Shown: positions 31,010 through 41,892 of the stretch, piece by piece
How positions within the stretch are numbered: position 1 is the stretch's first letter
How the letters are laid out: the number at the start of each line of letters is the position of its first letter
NCBI GenBank assembly: GCA_002269645.1
Contig: NIVC01000542.1
Coordinates: forward strand, 298,609-362,608
Length of the DNA stretch: 64,000 nucleotides
DNA from: Macrostomum lignano
Lineage: Eukaryota
Direction of reading: 5' to 3'
Position numbers and translations under genes: made by a program
Notes under the pieces: model-generated
The model's input: only the letters and a program-made list of their open reading frames with translations
What the model was told of the DNA's origin: nothing
Database searches by the model: none

Positions 31010-31800
31010 CCCAGCTCAGAGATAAGCTGTTAGCTAGCTCAGTCCTCTGCCCCAGCTCAGAGACCAGCTGTTAGCTAGCTCAGTACTCTGCCCCAGCTCA
31101 GAGACCAGCTGTTAGCTAGCTCAGTACTCTGCCCCAGCTCAGAGACCAGCTGTTAGCTAGCTCAGTACTCTGCCCCAGCTCAGAGACCAGCTGTTAGCTA
31201 GCTCAGTACTCTGCCCCAGCTCAGAGACCAGCTGTTAGCTAGCTCAGTACTCTGCCCCAGCTCAGAGACCAGCTGTTAGCTAGCTCAGTACTCTGCCCCA
31301 GCTCAGAGACCAGCTGTTAGCTAGCTCAGTACTCTGCCCAGCTCAGAGACCAGCTGTTAGCTAGCTCAGTACTCTGCCCAGCTCAGAGACCAGCCGTTAG
31401 CTAGCTCAGTACTCTGCCCCAGCTCAGAGACCAGCTGTTAGCTAGCTCAGTACTCTGCCCCAGCTCAGAGACCAGCTGTTAGCTAGCTCAGTACTCTGCC
31501 CCAGCTCAGAGACCAGCTGTTAGCTAGCTCAGTACTCTGCCCCAGCTCAGAGACCAGCTGTTAGCTAGCTCAGTACTCTGCCCAGCTCAGAGACCAGCTG
31601 TTAGCTAGCTCAGTACTCTGCCCCAGCTCAGAGACCAGCTGTTAGCTAGCTCAGTACTCTGCCCCAGCTCAGAGACCAGCTGTTAGCTAGCTCAGTACTC
31701 TGCTTAGCTCAGAGACCAGCTGTTAGCTAGCTCAGTACTCTGCCCAGCTCAAAGACCAGCTGTTAGCTAGCTCAGTACTCTGCTTCAGCTCAGAGATCAG
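31010..31800. repeat. 41-nt minisatellite, about 19 copies
   Basis: Unit cccagctcagagaccagctgttagctagctcagtactctgc. Confidence 0.97.
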
Positions 31801-33460
31801 CCTCTCATTTTTTGTAAGAATAAAAAATCTAAAAAACATTCTTCCGCGTGTTGCAGGTCCTGAGGGTCCGTCCTGTCGGTGTTGGCTTTCTGATTGCGCC
31901 ACACCAAGTTTCGCTCATTTGCTTGCGCAGCTACTGTCAGTAGTAGGCGAGGTCTCGTAAGAGGCTATTTCGTAATGTCTCACACTGGGAAAAGTGCATG
32001 AGGCGACGAGGCGGAAGGAGAGCTGCCGTCGATGAAGCAGCTCCGGCCCAGCTTCTCGTCCCCAACTCTGCGGTGTCTCGTGTTTGCCAAGAATTGCATC
32101 GACTCTGCTACCGTGAGGAAATTCGCTGGCGCAGAGAGCGAGTTGACCCTGCCTGCTCAGACCGCCGCCTCACTCACAGTGCCAAGGCGGGAATGAGAAC
32201 CCGAGCGAGTTGGGCGGGCCCGCGGGGGCGCCCAGGTGCTTCTTAGGAAATGAAGTTTTCTCGAGTTCGGGAAACGCTGGACGGTCTTTAGGCGACAGAG
32301 AGGCCGAGGTTCCCCAGACCGAGGCGGGGGTTAATGAAGTCCTGATGAACAATTTGCGCCACCAACACCCGAGGGAGCCGGCGCTTTTGAAGGCCGATTG
32401 CAGACGTTAGCGAAAATATTTTGAGAAAGTCTGGCCCGTTTTCCTTCCTAACCAACTGAAGGTTTTTTTAATATATTCGAGTCTTGCCTGCCATTGAATT
32501 AACCTCCAGACCCTATTATTACTCCTCAATGAAAAGCCTTCCCTCAGTCTGTCAGTTCTTCATCTTTTTTGTCCAGCTTTCCAGCAGCGCTGCACGGGCT
32601 TCAGTGCCCCTCAGCTACTCAACAGGCAGCCAGCTGCCCCTCTGCTGCATCATTTCCCCGCTGCAGTCTCCGTTAGGGGAGAAGAATCCCGCAAAGCTGC
32701 CCCGAATCCCCGGGGCGTCCCCAGCTCCCCACTCGCAGGCCTGTAATTAATAAACTCGAGAAGAGAGGCAGCGAGTCCTTTGCTCCGCTTCCCAGCTTCC
32801 CGTATCCCTCTCTACCCTACTTCATCTCAGAATGCTGCACACTTTGAATGATGAAGCTCTCCCGAGTTCTGCTACGAACTCTTCGAGCTCACAAACTGCC
32901 GCTCACCCGGTGACTTCGGCGGGGACTCACGCTGGCTAAAGGTGATTGATGCAGCCGCGGTTCTCCATGTGAATAAATCAGCCTCATCACTGCTGGCCGC
33001 ATGCCGTCGGCACAGGACCTGCACGCAAAGCGCGACTCGCTTTTGTCTTTTGGCGCTGTTGTCCTGGGTCAGCGTCCTTGGCAAACGGCTGCGCCAGTGC
33101 GCAAACAACTGCATGAGCAACTTTGATTGGACTGATGACCAAGTAAATCTCTATATCGGATCTGAGTGATGTGACTTTTTTGAAATAAATAAAACACAAT
33201 GGGTTTGCATGGTGGGGGTACAGAGCGAATGTCTACTGCAGCTCTGAGTGCATGTTTCCATATTCACTCACCTGTTCAAGTGAGTTTTAATCTGTATTTA
33301 GCGTGTCTAAGCTAAGCATGATGAAATGTACTTTACTTATCCAATACACTAAAAAATGTTCAGATTTAGAGTTGTGCAAAAACGTAACGAAAAATTCATT
33401 CGATCTTTTCGTGTCTGATTTCTCTGGTAAAATTTCACGTATGCAGCCACACTGCTTCAG

Positions 33461-34642
33461 TTTCCTCCCATCCGCCTAAGTCGGTTGCAGCTTCCTCCCA
33501 TCCGCCTAAGTCGGTTGCAGCTCCCTCCCATCCGCCTAAGTCGGTTGCAGCTCCCTCCCATCCGCCTAAGTCGGTGTTTGCAGCTCCCTCCTATCCGCCT
33601 AAGTCGGTTGCAGCTTCCTCCCATCCGCCTAAGTCGGTTGCAGCTTCCTCCCATCCGCCTAAGTCGGTTGCAGCTTCCTCCCATCCGCCTAAGTCGGTTG
33701 CAGCTTCCTCCCATCCGCCTAAGTCGGTTGCAGCTCCCTCCCATCCGCCTAAGTCGGTTGCAGCTCCCTCCCATCCGCCTAAGTCGGTGTTTGCAGCTCC
33801 CTCCTATCCGCCTAAGTCGGTTGCAGCTTCCTCCCATCCGCCTAAGTCGGTTGCAGCTTCCTCCCATCCGCCTAAGTCGGTTGCAGCTTCCTCCCATCCG
33901 CCTAAGTCGGTTGCAGCTTCCTCCCATCCGCCTAAGTCGGTTGCAGCTTCCTCCCATCCGCCTAAGTCGGTGTTTGCAGCTCCCTCCCATCCGCCTAAGT
34001 CGGTTGCAGCTCCCTCCCATCCGCCTAAGTCGGTTGCAGCTCCCTCCCATCCGCCTAAGTCGGTGTTTGCAGCTCCCTCCCATCCGCCTAAGTCGGTGTT
34101 TGCAGCTCCCTCCTATCCGCCTAAGTCGGTTGCAGCTTCCTCCCATCCGCCTAAGTCGGTGTTTGCAGCTCCCTCCCATCCGCCTAAGTCGGTGTTTGCA
34201 GCTCCCTCCCATCCGCCTAAGTCGGTGTTTGCAGCTCCCTCCTATCCGCCTAACCCGGTGTTTGCAGCTCCCTCTCATCCGCCTAAGTCAGTGTTTGCAG
34301 CTCCCTCCTATCCGCCTAAGTCGGTTGCAGCTCCCTCCCATCCGTTTAAGTCGGTTGCAGCTCCCTCCCATCCGCCTAAGTCGTTGTTTGCAGCTCCCTC
34401 CCATCCGCCTAAGTCGGTTGCAGCTCCCTCCCATCCGCTTAAGTCGGTTGCAGCTCCCTCCAATCCGCCTAAGTCGTTGTTTGCAGCTCCCTCCCATCCG
34501 CCTAAGTCGGTTGCAGCTCCCTCCCATCCGCCTAAGTCGGTTGCAGCTCCCTCCTATCCGCCTAAGTCGGTGTTTGCAGCTCCCTCTTATCCGCCTAAGT
34601 CGGTGTTTGCAGCTCCCTCCTATCCGCCTAAGTCGGTTGCAG
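33461..34642. repeat. 30/33-nt minisatellite, about 38 copies; all length variants in frame
   Basis: Unit ttgcagct(c/t)cctcc(c/t)atccgcctaagtcgg with optional tgt. Confidence 0.97.
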
Positions 34643-34789
34643 AGAGAGAAACTTGACAACTGTAATACTTTCATACACTTTAGTGAATCGTTCCTGTTGC
34701 TCTCACATGGCTAAAATTATACATCTGACATCAAGGTAAAACATCAAAGGTCCAGTCCCAAATCAGGAACTGCCAAACGCTGAAATGAT

Positions 34790-35242
34790 TTATTCCTGCT
34801 CCTGAATGGCGCTCAAGTTCTGCAGGACGCTGAAATCGAAGGAGCGCCTGCGCTGCCGGCTGCTGTCCACGGGCAGCGGCATCGTGTCGATGGCCACCTT
34901 TTGCGCCGGCTCCGGCAGGCACTCTAGAAGGCTGCCAGCGCCCGCTGCCTCCTGCTGATGTCGGAGACTGAGGTCCCGCAGCCGGTTCTGAATCTGCTGC
35001 TGCTGCTGCTGCTGCTGTGGGCCGCCCTCGCCCAGAAGGTCCTCGTGCACCGAGGGCAGCGAGCGCGAGCGCCGGGACCTAGCAGTCGGTGGAGACAGTT
35101 GCAGCTGATGCTGGGAGTGTGGCGCCTCCTGCTGTTGCTGTCTGCTGCGATGCGCCACCGCCACTTCGGTCTCCTCCTCGTCTGGTGGCCCGGCGGCCTC
35201 TACCTCGATGCGGATGCCCGCAGGGCAGGCCGTCGACTGCAT
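34790..35242 (-). CDS. Short disordered protein (150 aa from ATG 35242) or terminal exon
   Basis: GC3-rich ORF with poly-Q, RSRSLP, RRRSF and C-terminal LSAIQEQE; AATAAA overlaps the stop; possible acceptor ccgctag| at 35273. Confidence 0.6.
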   Translation of the reverse strand: MQSTACPAGIRIEVEAAGPPDEEETEVAVAHRSRQQQQEAPHSQHQLQLSPPTARSRRSRSLPSVHEDLLGEGGPQQQQQQQQIQNRLRDLSLRHQQEAAGAGSLLECLPEPAQKVAIDTMPLPVDSSRQRRRSFDFSVLQNLSAIQEQE

Positions 35243-36809
35243 CGGCTGATGAGGCAAGCACTCGCTGGGATTCTAGCGGTAGAGCACCCTTCCTCCTGCG
35301 ATGCTAATCAGGCGGTGGCTCGCTGCCTTTAATTGCTGGCTCAGCTTCTTCGCGATCGCTGCCTCCCTTCTTGCTGCCGCAGAGTCCCGATTCGCCTCTC
35401 CACGCCCTTTCTCTCTCGCCTGTGTCTGAGCTTCGCAGTGAGTGGCGGGTATAAATGCAAATTTAATGACCCGGAGAGAGGGGCGGCGGAGAGGCTGGGG
35501 GGACAGCAGCAGCTCTCTCCCGATCCACACCCGCCTTCCCTTCGCCACGCTCTGCTGAGGCTGAGGCGTTTTCGGCAGGAGGCCAGAAGACACAGTCTGA
35601 ATCTAGATTGATTCAAAAGCTCGATAGCCTTGCCAAGAATTTGAGTAAGGGTGAGGATGAGGTAAAAGGGGCTCGAAGAAGGAAGAACTACTGCAGAGAG
35701 GCTGGCTCTCAGGACAGTGCGGGAACAGAGAGCTGGAGCGGCTGCTGCTGCCCGCTAGATGTGCCCGGCTGCGCTAAAGATTGGCGAGGAGGGAATCGAA
35801 GGAGTCAAGGCAAAGAGATAAAAGGGGGCAGGGGATGCGCGCTGAGGGCCTCAGGAAGCAGGAAGCTTCTTTCGCCTGCCTGCTTGTCCTCAGCTAAATT
35901 GAGGCCGGGCGAGATGGGCCGGAGATGCAGCGGACTGATACTCTCTGGTCTTTTGAGGGAGCAAAAGCTGCTCGAACCGAGGAGGCGAGATCGAGAGGAG
36001 CGCCTTTGTAAATCGAGGCAGCTCTGCCCCCCCCATGCTTGTCCCTTTATGCCTCGCGATCCCCGTCCAGCTCCCGCGGTGCCTGCAGATCCACCCTGCG
36101 TTTCTGCTGCAGCTGGAAATTCGGAAAAGGCGGGGGGACTTTCTACTGCACCGGGGCAGCACGGGAGGAATGAAACCGGAGATCAGAAACGCAAGGATAT
36201 TCAGAGCTGAATTGCTCACAGCTCAAAGAGTGGAGCTGATCCCGCCGGTCTGCCCTCTGAGATTTTGAGCTGCCGAGGGGGAAAATTGAATCCAGACTCC
36301 CTACCGCCCCATCGGCATAAATCGGCTTAGCGCGGCTTAGCCCTGCGGCCCGATTTGATGTCCGCTGTGTGGGCGGGGTCTTCATTAATTATCAATCGGG
36401 TTGGCTGGAATGGACCTAGAAAATCTGGCCAGTCAGTCCTGTGGGACTTAAGCAATAAAACTCGTATGAATTTTTGCTCAAGCCAGGGGCCTAACGCGCA
36501 TCTATGCTGACTTTTTGCGTTTTTCGGTATGGAACCGCGCTGCACTACTACAAGTAGTCAAAATGATACGATACTCGAGTAGTAGAAGTCCAGATCGTCA
36601 AGAAGTCAACAATTCACAATAATAAATGTATTTGAATTCGGGCTGCATTTCAACAAGACCGCCCCGTCAGAAACAAAGGCTCGAACAAAGGAGCATTCAG
36701 AGTGAAATAAGCGTACAAGCTATTAATTAATGCGCGCAGGGAACAAATTGAAACGGGCCCAGGTAACATATAATATATTATCTGAGTAAATAAAGCCAGA
36801 TAAGAGAGA

Positions 36810-37070
36810 GAGAGGCGTGCAGGATACGGTAGAGGGTCAGAGCCAAGTTGTATTACAGCTCCAGTAGTTCAAGTAGCGCAAGGTATGAGGACCACAGTCA
36901 GCCGGCTACGGTGGGATCCACGCTAGAATTGCGTAAGCATATCTGAGTAACAGTAGGTACAGTAAAGCACACCCGTTGTTACGCGAAAAGTCTACAGCCC
37001 ATACATAAATAGCAGTCGTGGCATTGGGATCTTTGCTGGGATGACGGCAAAATTACATTACAATTCCGAG
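36810..37070 (-). mobile_element. Degenerate LINE fragment (post-RT region)
   Basis: Reads ..ALLYLLLRYAYAILAWIP.. and ..LELLEL*YNLALTLYRILH, resembling LINE LYxxxxRxxLEYxxxxWxP and DLxxLYKIL; ends in (CT)n. Confidence 0.3.
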
Positions 37071-37521
37071 AGGACAAAATAGCTGAGGACGATGAACTGA
37101 GATGCTGCTCCATGTCAGTGACATAATTTTTACTTTTTGCTGATGGTTGCTCTCACTGAATGATCATCATTTAAAGGCCAATTTAGCAATAGGACAGGAA
37201 TCATTGTGCGCAAAGGAGGAATCTTGTACAAGCTTAGTAAAAGCAGGGCGAAGGTAATCAGAAAAATTTCCAGTCTAATTTCGCATGTTTATAATTAGTT
37301 TCTGGCGCAGATCTCACGACATGGAAAAACAGCTCACGTTGGCATCAGACAGCTGGGAGTTCAGGACTGGTGCAGGCCAAGGGTAGGGACGGGAAGCAAC
37401 GAGTGAACAGGTCAGTGCAGAGCGATGAGTTGTCGCTCCGAATTCGATGCGCATGGACAAAAGGAAATGGCGTGCATAACTATGGAAATACGAGGGCATG
37501 CAGGGTAGTCGCGCTCGGGCG

Positions 37522-37820
37522 TCACTGCAGGGTGTAGGAGGTCTCTGCCTCCGTGCACCTCGAAGCCGATCGCATGTAGAAGGCCAGGATGTAGCGGTAG
37601 GAGCGGCGCGGCAGCTGCAGCTCGGACCGGACCTCCCCGGAGAGGATCTGAGCCAGGGGCTCATCGGCTGAGCGGCCGGGGCAACTGACGTCGCAGATGA
37701 GCGGCACGGTGCCGAACTTGCTGTACGGCTCGATCTGGACGCTCTGCTCGGTGATGCGGATGCACAGCAGGTTCTTGGACTCAGTCGACTTGTCGGGCAG
37801 GATAGAGAAGCAGAAAACGC
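37522..37820 (-). CDS. Membrane-anchored protein, exon 3
   Basis: atccgcag| phase 1; GVFCFSILPDKSTESKNLLCIRITE..SYTLQ*. Confidence 0.68.
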
Positions 37821-38210
37821 CTGCGGATTTTGTGTTATCAGATCGGGATTTCAAGCTGATTTGGGAGCCAAATTCGCGCAGTCAATAGGTTGCTTAGCAC
37901 CATCTGTCTCCAGCCCCCTCACTGGCGCACACATGACAATTCGAAGTGCCAGTGCTAGTTTTGAGCAGCTGGTCCTGTAGACTCTTTGTAATGATCAGCC
38001 TCACATTTCCCTTGCTCAGGAAGTTCGTATTCATTCAATATTTGTCCAATATTCAACTTGAACAATTGGAACGCCCTCTACGATCCTGGCACACCTTCCA
38101 AACTTTCTTCTGGTTTCCCGCCTGAATCGCTACTAAGCTCAATTAATCTAATTAGCCTTGCTTCTTGAGCTTCATATTACGCGCCCCAGGCTCCCTGAAT
38201 GCACTCTCAC

Positions 38211-38437
38211 CATTCAGCGGCATGGCTTGGACATCTTCGGTGAGCCGACGACGCAGAGTGGTCTGAAAATCATCCTGGACGATGGCGGCTTCCATGGAGC
38301 GGCCGGACAGGTTGCTGGCGAGAACGCGCTCGGCTTCGATGCGCAGGCTCAGCAGCTGAAAGCCGTCCGCAGCGATGTTGCTGCGGTTATCAATGCCCAG
38401 TTTCGAGTTCCTGCTGTTGCCTGTGGCCACCCGAATT
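38211..38437 (-). CDS. Membrane-anchored protein, exon 2
   Basis: ccccacag| phase 2 to G|gtgag phase 1; bridges the phases of exons 1 and 3 exactly. Confidence 0.68.
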
Positions 38438-39179
38438 CTGTGGGGCGATTTTGAAACTCCGAGATCCATGGCAGCTCACGAACTAGGAAATAGCCTATCT
38501 TCTGCTCGACCGACCAACACAAAAATTATCAACAAAAACGTTTTGGAATAAACTAATGAGGCATTGGCGACACATGTAAATGCATGAGCGATCCGTCAAA
38601 ATGCATTGGTAGTCAACAGAGCAATTTACCATAAGCTCTTTGTTATCTTAGGCCATTAGGCCATTATCTTATGCCTTTGTTATCTTAAGCTACTCAACTC
38701 ACCGTAACAATTCTTTGTCAGAAAGCTGTAGTCAAGTACTCGATTAGATACACATAGCTCCAGGCTGGTTTCGACTGCTTAGTCACATGTACATGCGCTT
38801 TTGATGCCGGCACAAATGCGGCACAGACTCCAGACTCCAATAGCGCATCTGGCATTCCCGAACTCTTGGCGCCAATCCAGAGAAATCCCAACCCTCAGCA
38901 ATACTACCGGCTCTAATACTCGTACTTAGTAACAGACCTATCATTGGTCATTCTGGAAGTCTTTCAAAACTAGATAGTGTACAGGTACTTATACAATTTT
39001 TCGCACGCTGATAGCTGATACTGTATTAGTGTAGCTGGGTTCCTCTCTGGGGCTCTCTTTGCTTCATTCAAGTTGTGTACGAGTTTAATTAACACGAGTA
39101 TAAATTCGAATGGAACTTCAGCCTAAAATCGAACTGGTTTTGCTTAGGAATCAAGGCAAGAATAATCGTATCTTCTTAC

Positions 39180-39730
39180 CTGAAGTATTTTCCCGGGGCT
39201 CGGTCAAAATTTACCGTCTTTTGAAGTCGACCCGAAAATACCTGCCGTTCCATCAGGTGGCGGCTTCCGGTGTACAGCACGGGTTTTATCTTCCAAATCA
39301 TAACTTGAGCGCTGTCGTTCCTCATTACAGGCCGGATGGACACTTCAGTCGGCATCACTTTCAATTCGACGGACACCTGCTCAAAATGAGCGTTGACAGA
39401 CGATGCAAAAATCCGGTAGGCATTAGTACCCTGGATAAACTTCTGCTGCCACTGGTCGCTGGAGACGAGCTGAAAGCCCTTGTCGGTGCTAGTGGCCTCC
39501 AGGCGCATTGGCTTGTCCTCCAGGTTAGTAATCTGAATCGTATCGTCCAGAACCACGAGCTCCACGTCACAGCTGTAGGATGCCCTGGCGGAGGCGGTGA
39601 TGTCGCTCTGAATCCCACCGAATCCGGCGGCCTGAGATCTGTTCTTTAGAAACAGAGCCACAGCTAGCATCAGCAAGATGGCGAAGGTGCCAACAGAGAT
39701 AATGAAGAAGATCACGGTCGACGTAGACAT
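39180..39730 (-). CDS. Membrane-anchored protein, exon 1 (spliced total 358 aa)
   Basis: MSTS then hydrophobic TVIFFIISVGTFAILLMLAVALFL followed by KNR; donor AG|gtaag, phase 2. Confidence 0.75.
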
Positions 39731-40203
39731 TCTTTTTTAATTTAGACAAGTCGATTTTTCTCCACTGATTTCTTAAATAGCTTATAACCTGCTGTTAAGC
39801 ATGGACTGCTTAGCAAGTGTCTGTTAGCTGCTGAGAAATTTAAGCTTGGCCCATAAACAAATTTAGCTGATGTCTTCATGTCACATCATGACAAATCTTT
39901 TTTTTTAGCTTTCGGCTTCTGACCAAAGTAAACTTTATAAGTGCACTGTAGTTCCAAACTGAATGAAAATTTATTTTATCGACCATAGACTAATGTGATA
40001 CAAAGTGAGCTCTTCAGTTTTGTCTATGGTCAAAGCACCAAAAAGTCAGGAAATGATTCAAAATCGCAGTTGAGGCCATCCCTGTCTATAGCTTGCTTTT
40101 AAATTATGACCGAGCCTAAACTCCGTCAATACATGCAGTGTTTGTGATTGATTTCGCGGACGCACGCAAACTAGCGGAGAAAAAAAACTTTGTTGGTTGC
40201 ATA

Positions 40204-40566
40204 CAAAGAGTATTGAGGTCGCCTAGTATAGAGTGCCAATAAGGATGAAAATCTGAAGCCGATTTTTAGAATCCACCCACCCCCTCCGGTCACCAAGCTT
40301 TTTAGTCTATGGCACAAGTTGTGTATCGACGACGGCAACTGAGTCTGGTGACTGAGCGCGATTTTGTCTTGCTTATTTGATACATGCATTTTCTAAGTGT
40401 GAAATGTCTTATATTTCTGAGCATCGGCTTTGTACACCATTCTAGCCACAACTTGTGCCATAGATTAAAAAGCTTGGTGACCGGAGGGGGTGGGTGGATT
40501 CTAAAAATCGGCTTCAGATTTTCATCCTTATTGGCACTCTATACTAGGCGACCTCAATATTCTTTG
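40204..40566. mobile_element. 363-bp foldback MITE, 120-bp TIRs, 8-bp TSD (P-superfamily-like CAAAG termini)
   Basis: Arms 40204-40323 and 40447-40566 differ at 2 positions; gttgcata on both flanks (40196-203, 40567-74). Confidence 0.88.
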
Positions 40567-40796
40567 GTTGCATATATTGATAGTTTATGGCAAATGGCAG
40601 ATCGATTTATCGCTACGTGCACGAGTGCCATAGACTATTCACGCACGAAGGAACTAAGCGGTAGTAGATTCATTGATTTATTGGCGAAGCCTTCTCCTGA
40701 TTTTAGCCATGGACAGATGAAATGGAATTTACCTTACGGCTAGGAGGGGGAAGACAGCTAAAACTGACATGGCTTTTACACGAAGCTGGAGTTTTA

Positions 40797-41409
40797 TATA
40801 CTGTCCGTCAAAAGTTCCGGAACCCTTGCTACGATGTCTTCTAGCGGACATAATTTCAGTCCGTTTCAATTGTAACTTGATTCAAATGAAAGCTGTGGAT
40901 CTCAGCTCCATGATGTGGTCAAGAAAAAGTTTATTCGGAGTAGCGCGTGTGAACAGGCCAGTGTTACGTACATAAAGGTCAGAGAAAAAAAGTGAGGAAA
41001 AGACAAACAAGCAATTGTTTTTTACTCTTTTTTACTCTCCCATGAAAGCTGACTGCACAAGAATCCATAAGAGCCTGTTGATTTCAACACAAGTTTTGGC
41101 CATAGACTAATGTTAGCCAGGCTGAACACTGCGCGCAAACCGATTCCTTCCCATGTGTGTTTGCTCCATAGACTCAGCAACCATAGACAATTGCTTGTTT
41201 GTCTTTTCCTCACTTTTTTTTCTCTAACCTTTATGTACATAACACTGGCCTGTTCACACGCGCTCCTTCGAATAAACTTTTTCTTGACCACATCATGGAG
41301 CTGAGAACCGCAGCTTTCATTTGAATCAAGTTACAATTGAAACGGACTGAAATCATGTCCGCTAGAAGACATCGTAGCAAGGGTTCCGGAACTTTTGACG
41401 GACAGTATA
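40797..41409. repeat. About 220-bp inverted repeat, probably a second foldback element
   Basis: 40797-41018 is inverted to 41186-41409 with few mismatches; TA-rich outer ends; three CCATAGAC motifs in or at the edge of the spacer. Confidence 0.85.
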
Positions 41410-41860
41410 GAATAAGACTATAAGTGATTGCAAGAGCGGTGACTTAAAGTCTGGTTGGGGCCAGAAAGATGAGATGAGACATGAAAGACAAGAGCCAAAT
41501 GTGTCTCGAACCACTAGACTTGACCTCTCTAAATTACCAAATGAAATGATTTTGCGTCTTACGGATTCGGAGATACCCTCGTAGACCAGGCTTTGGACTG
41601 GCATGGAGTGACGGCGCTGCATGGTTGATGAGCAACTGGGTATCTCTGGAAATTTTGACAAAGATCTAGACGAGGCAAGAAAAAGATTCTTCGAATTGTT
41701 ACCGGATTCCGAATTCCGAATACCGAATGAATTATCAAAGATTCTTTGATGGACCTGGCTAGTGTAAATGAAGTCAAGTCGCTTATTTTGGAGTAAACTC
41801 AATTGAGGCAAAACCCTCCACGCTCTGTATTTTTATAGGCCAAGGGGCGCGGTGGCCCAC

Positions 41861-41892
41861 GGGTTAGGGTTAGGGTTAGGGTTAGGGTTAGG
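41861..41892 (+). repeat. Interstitial telomeric repeat (GGGTTA)5
   Basis: gggttagggttagggttagggttagggttagg. Confidence 0.9.

Noticed and set aside
22577-31800. Regular arrays as CRISPR candidates
   Set aside because: No unique spacers, no cas genes, eukaryotic context.
20400-36500. miR-10 or miR-993 near the Hox gene; spliced-leader RNA; tRNA-derived SINEs
   Set aside because: No recognisable mature or leader sequence found by eye.
35273-36545. Several 70-200-aa ORFs including 35608-36210
   Set aside because: GC- and purine-rich region likely upstream/UTR of the 34790 ORF; no motifs, conflicting strands.
41362-41811. 149-aa minus-strand ORF with RRHS
   Set aside because: Non-ATG start, runs into an inverted-repeat arm, no splice partner found.
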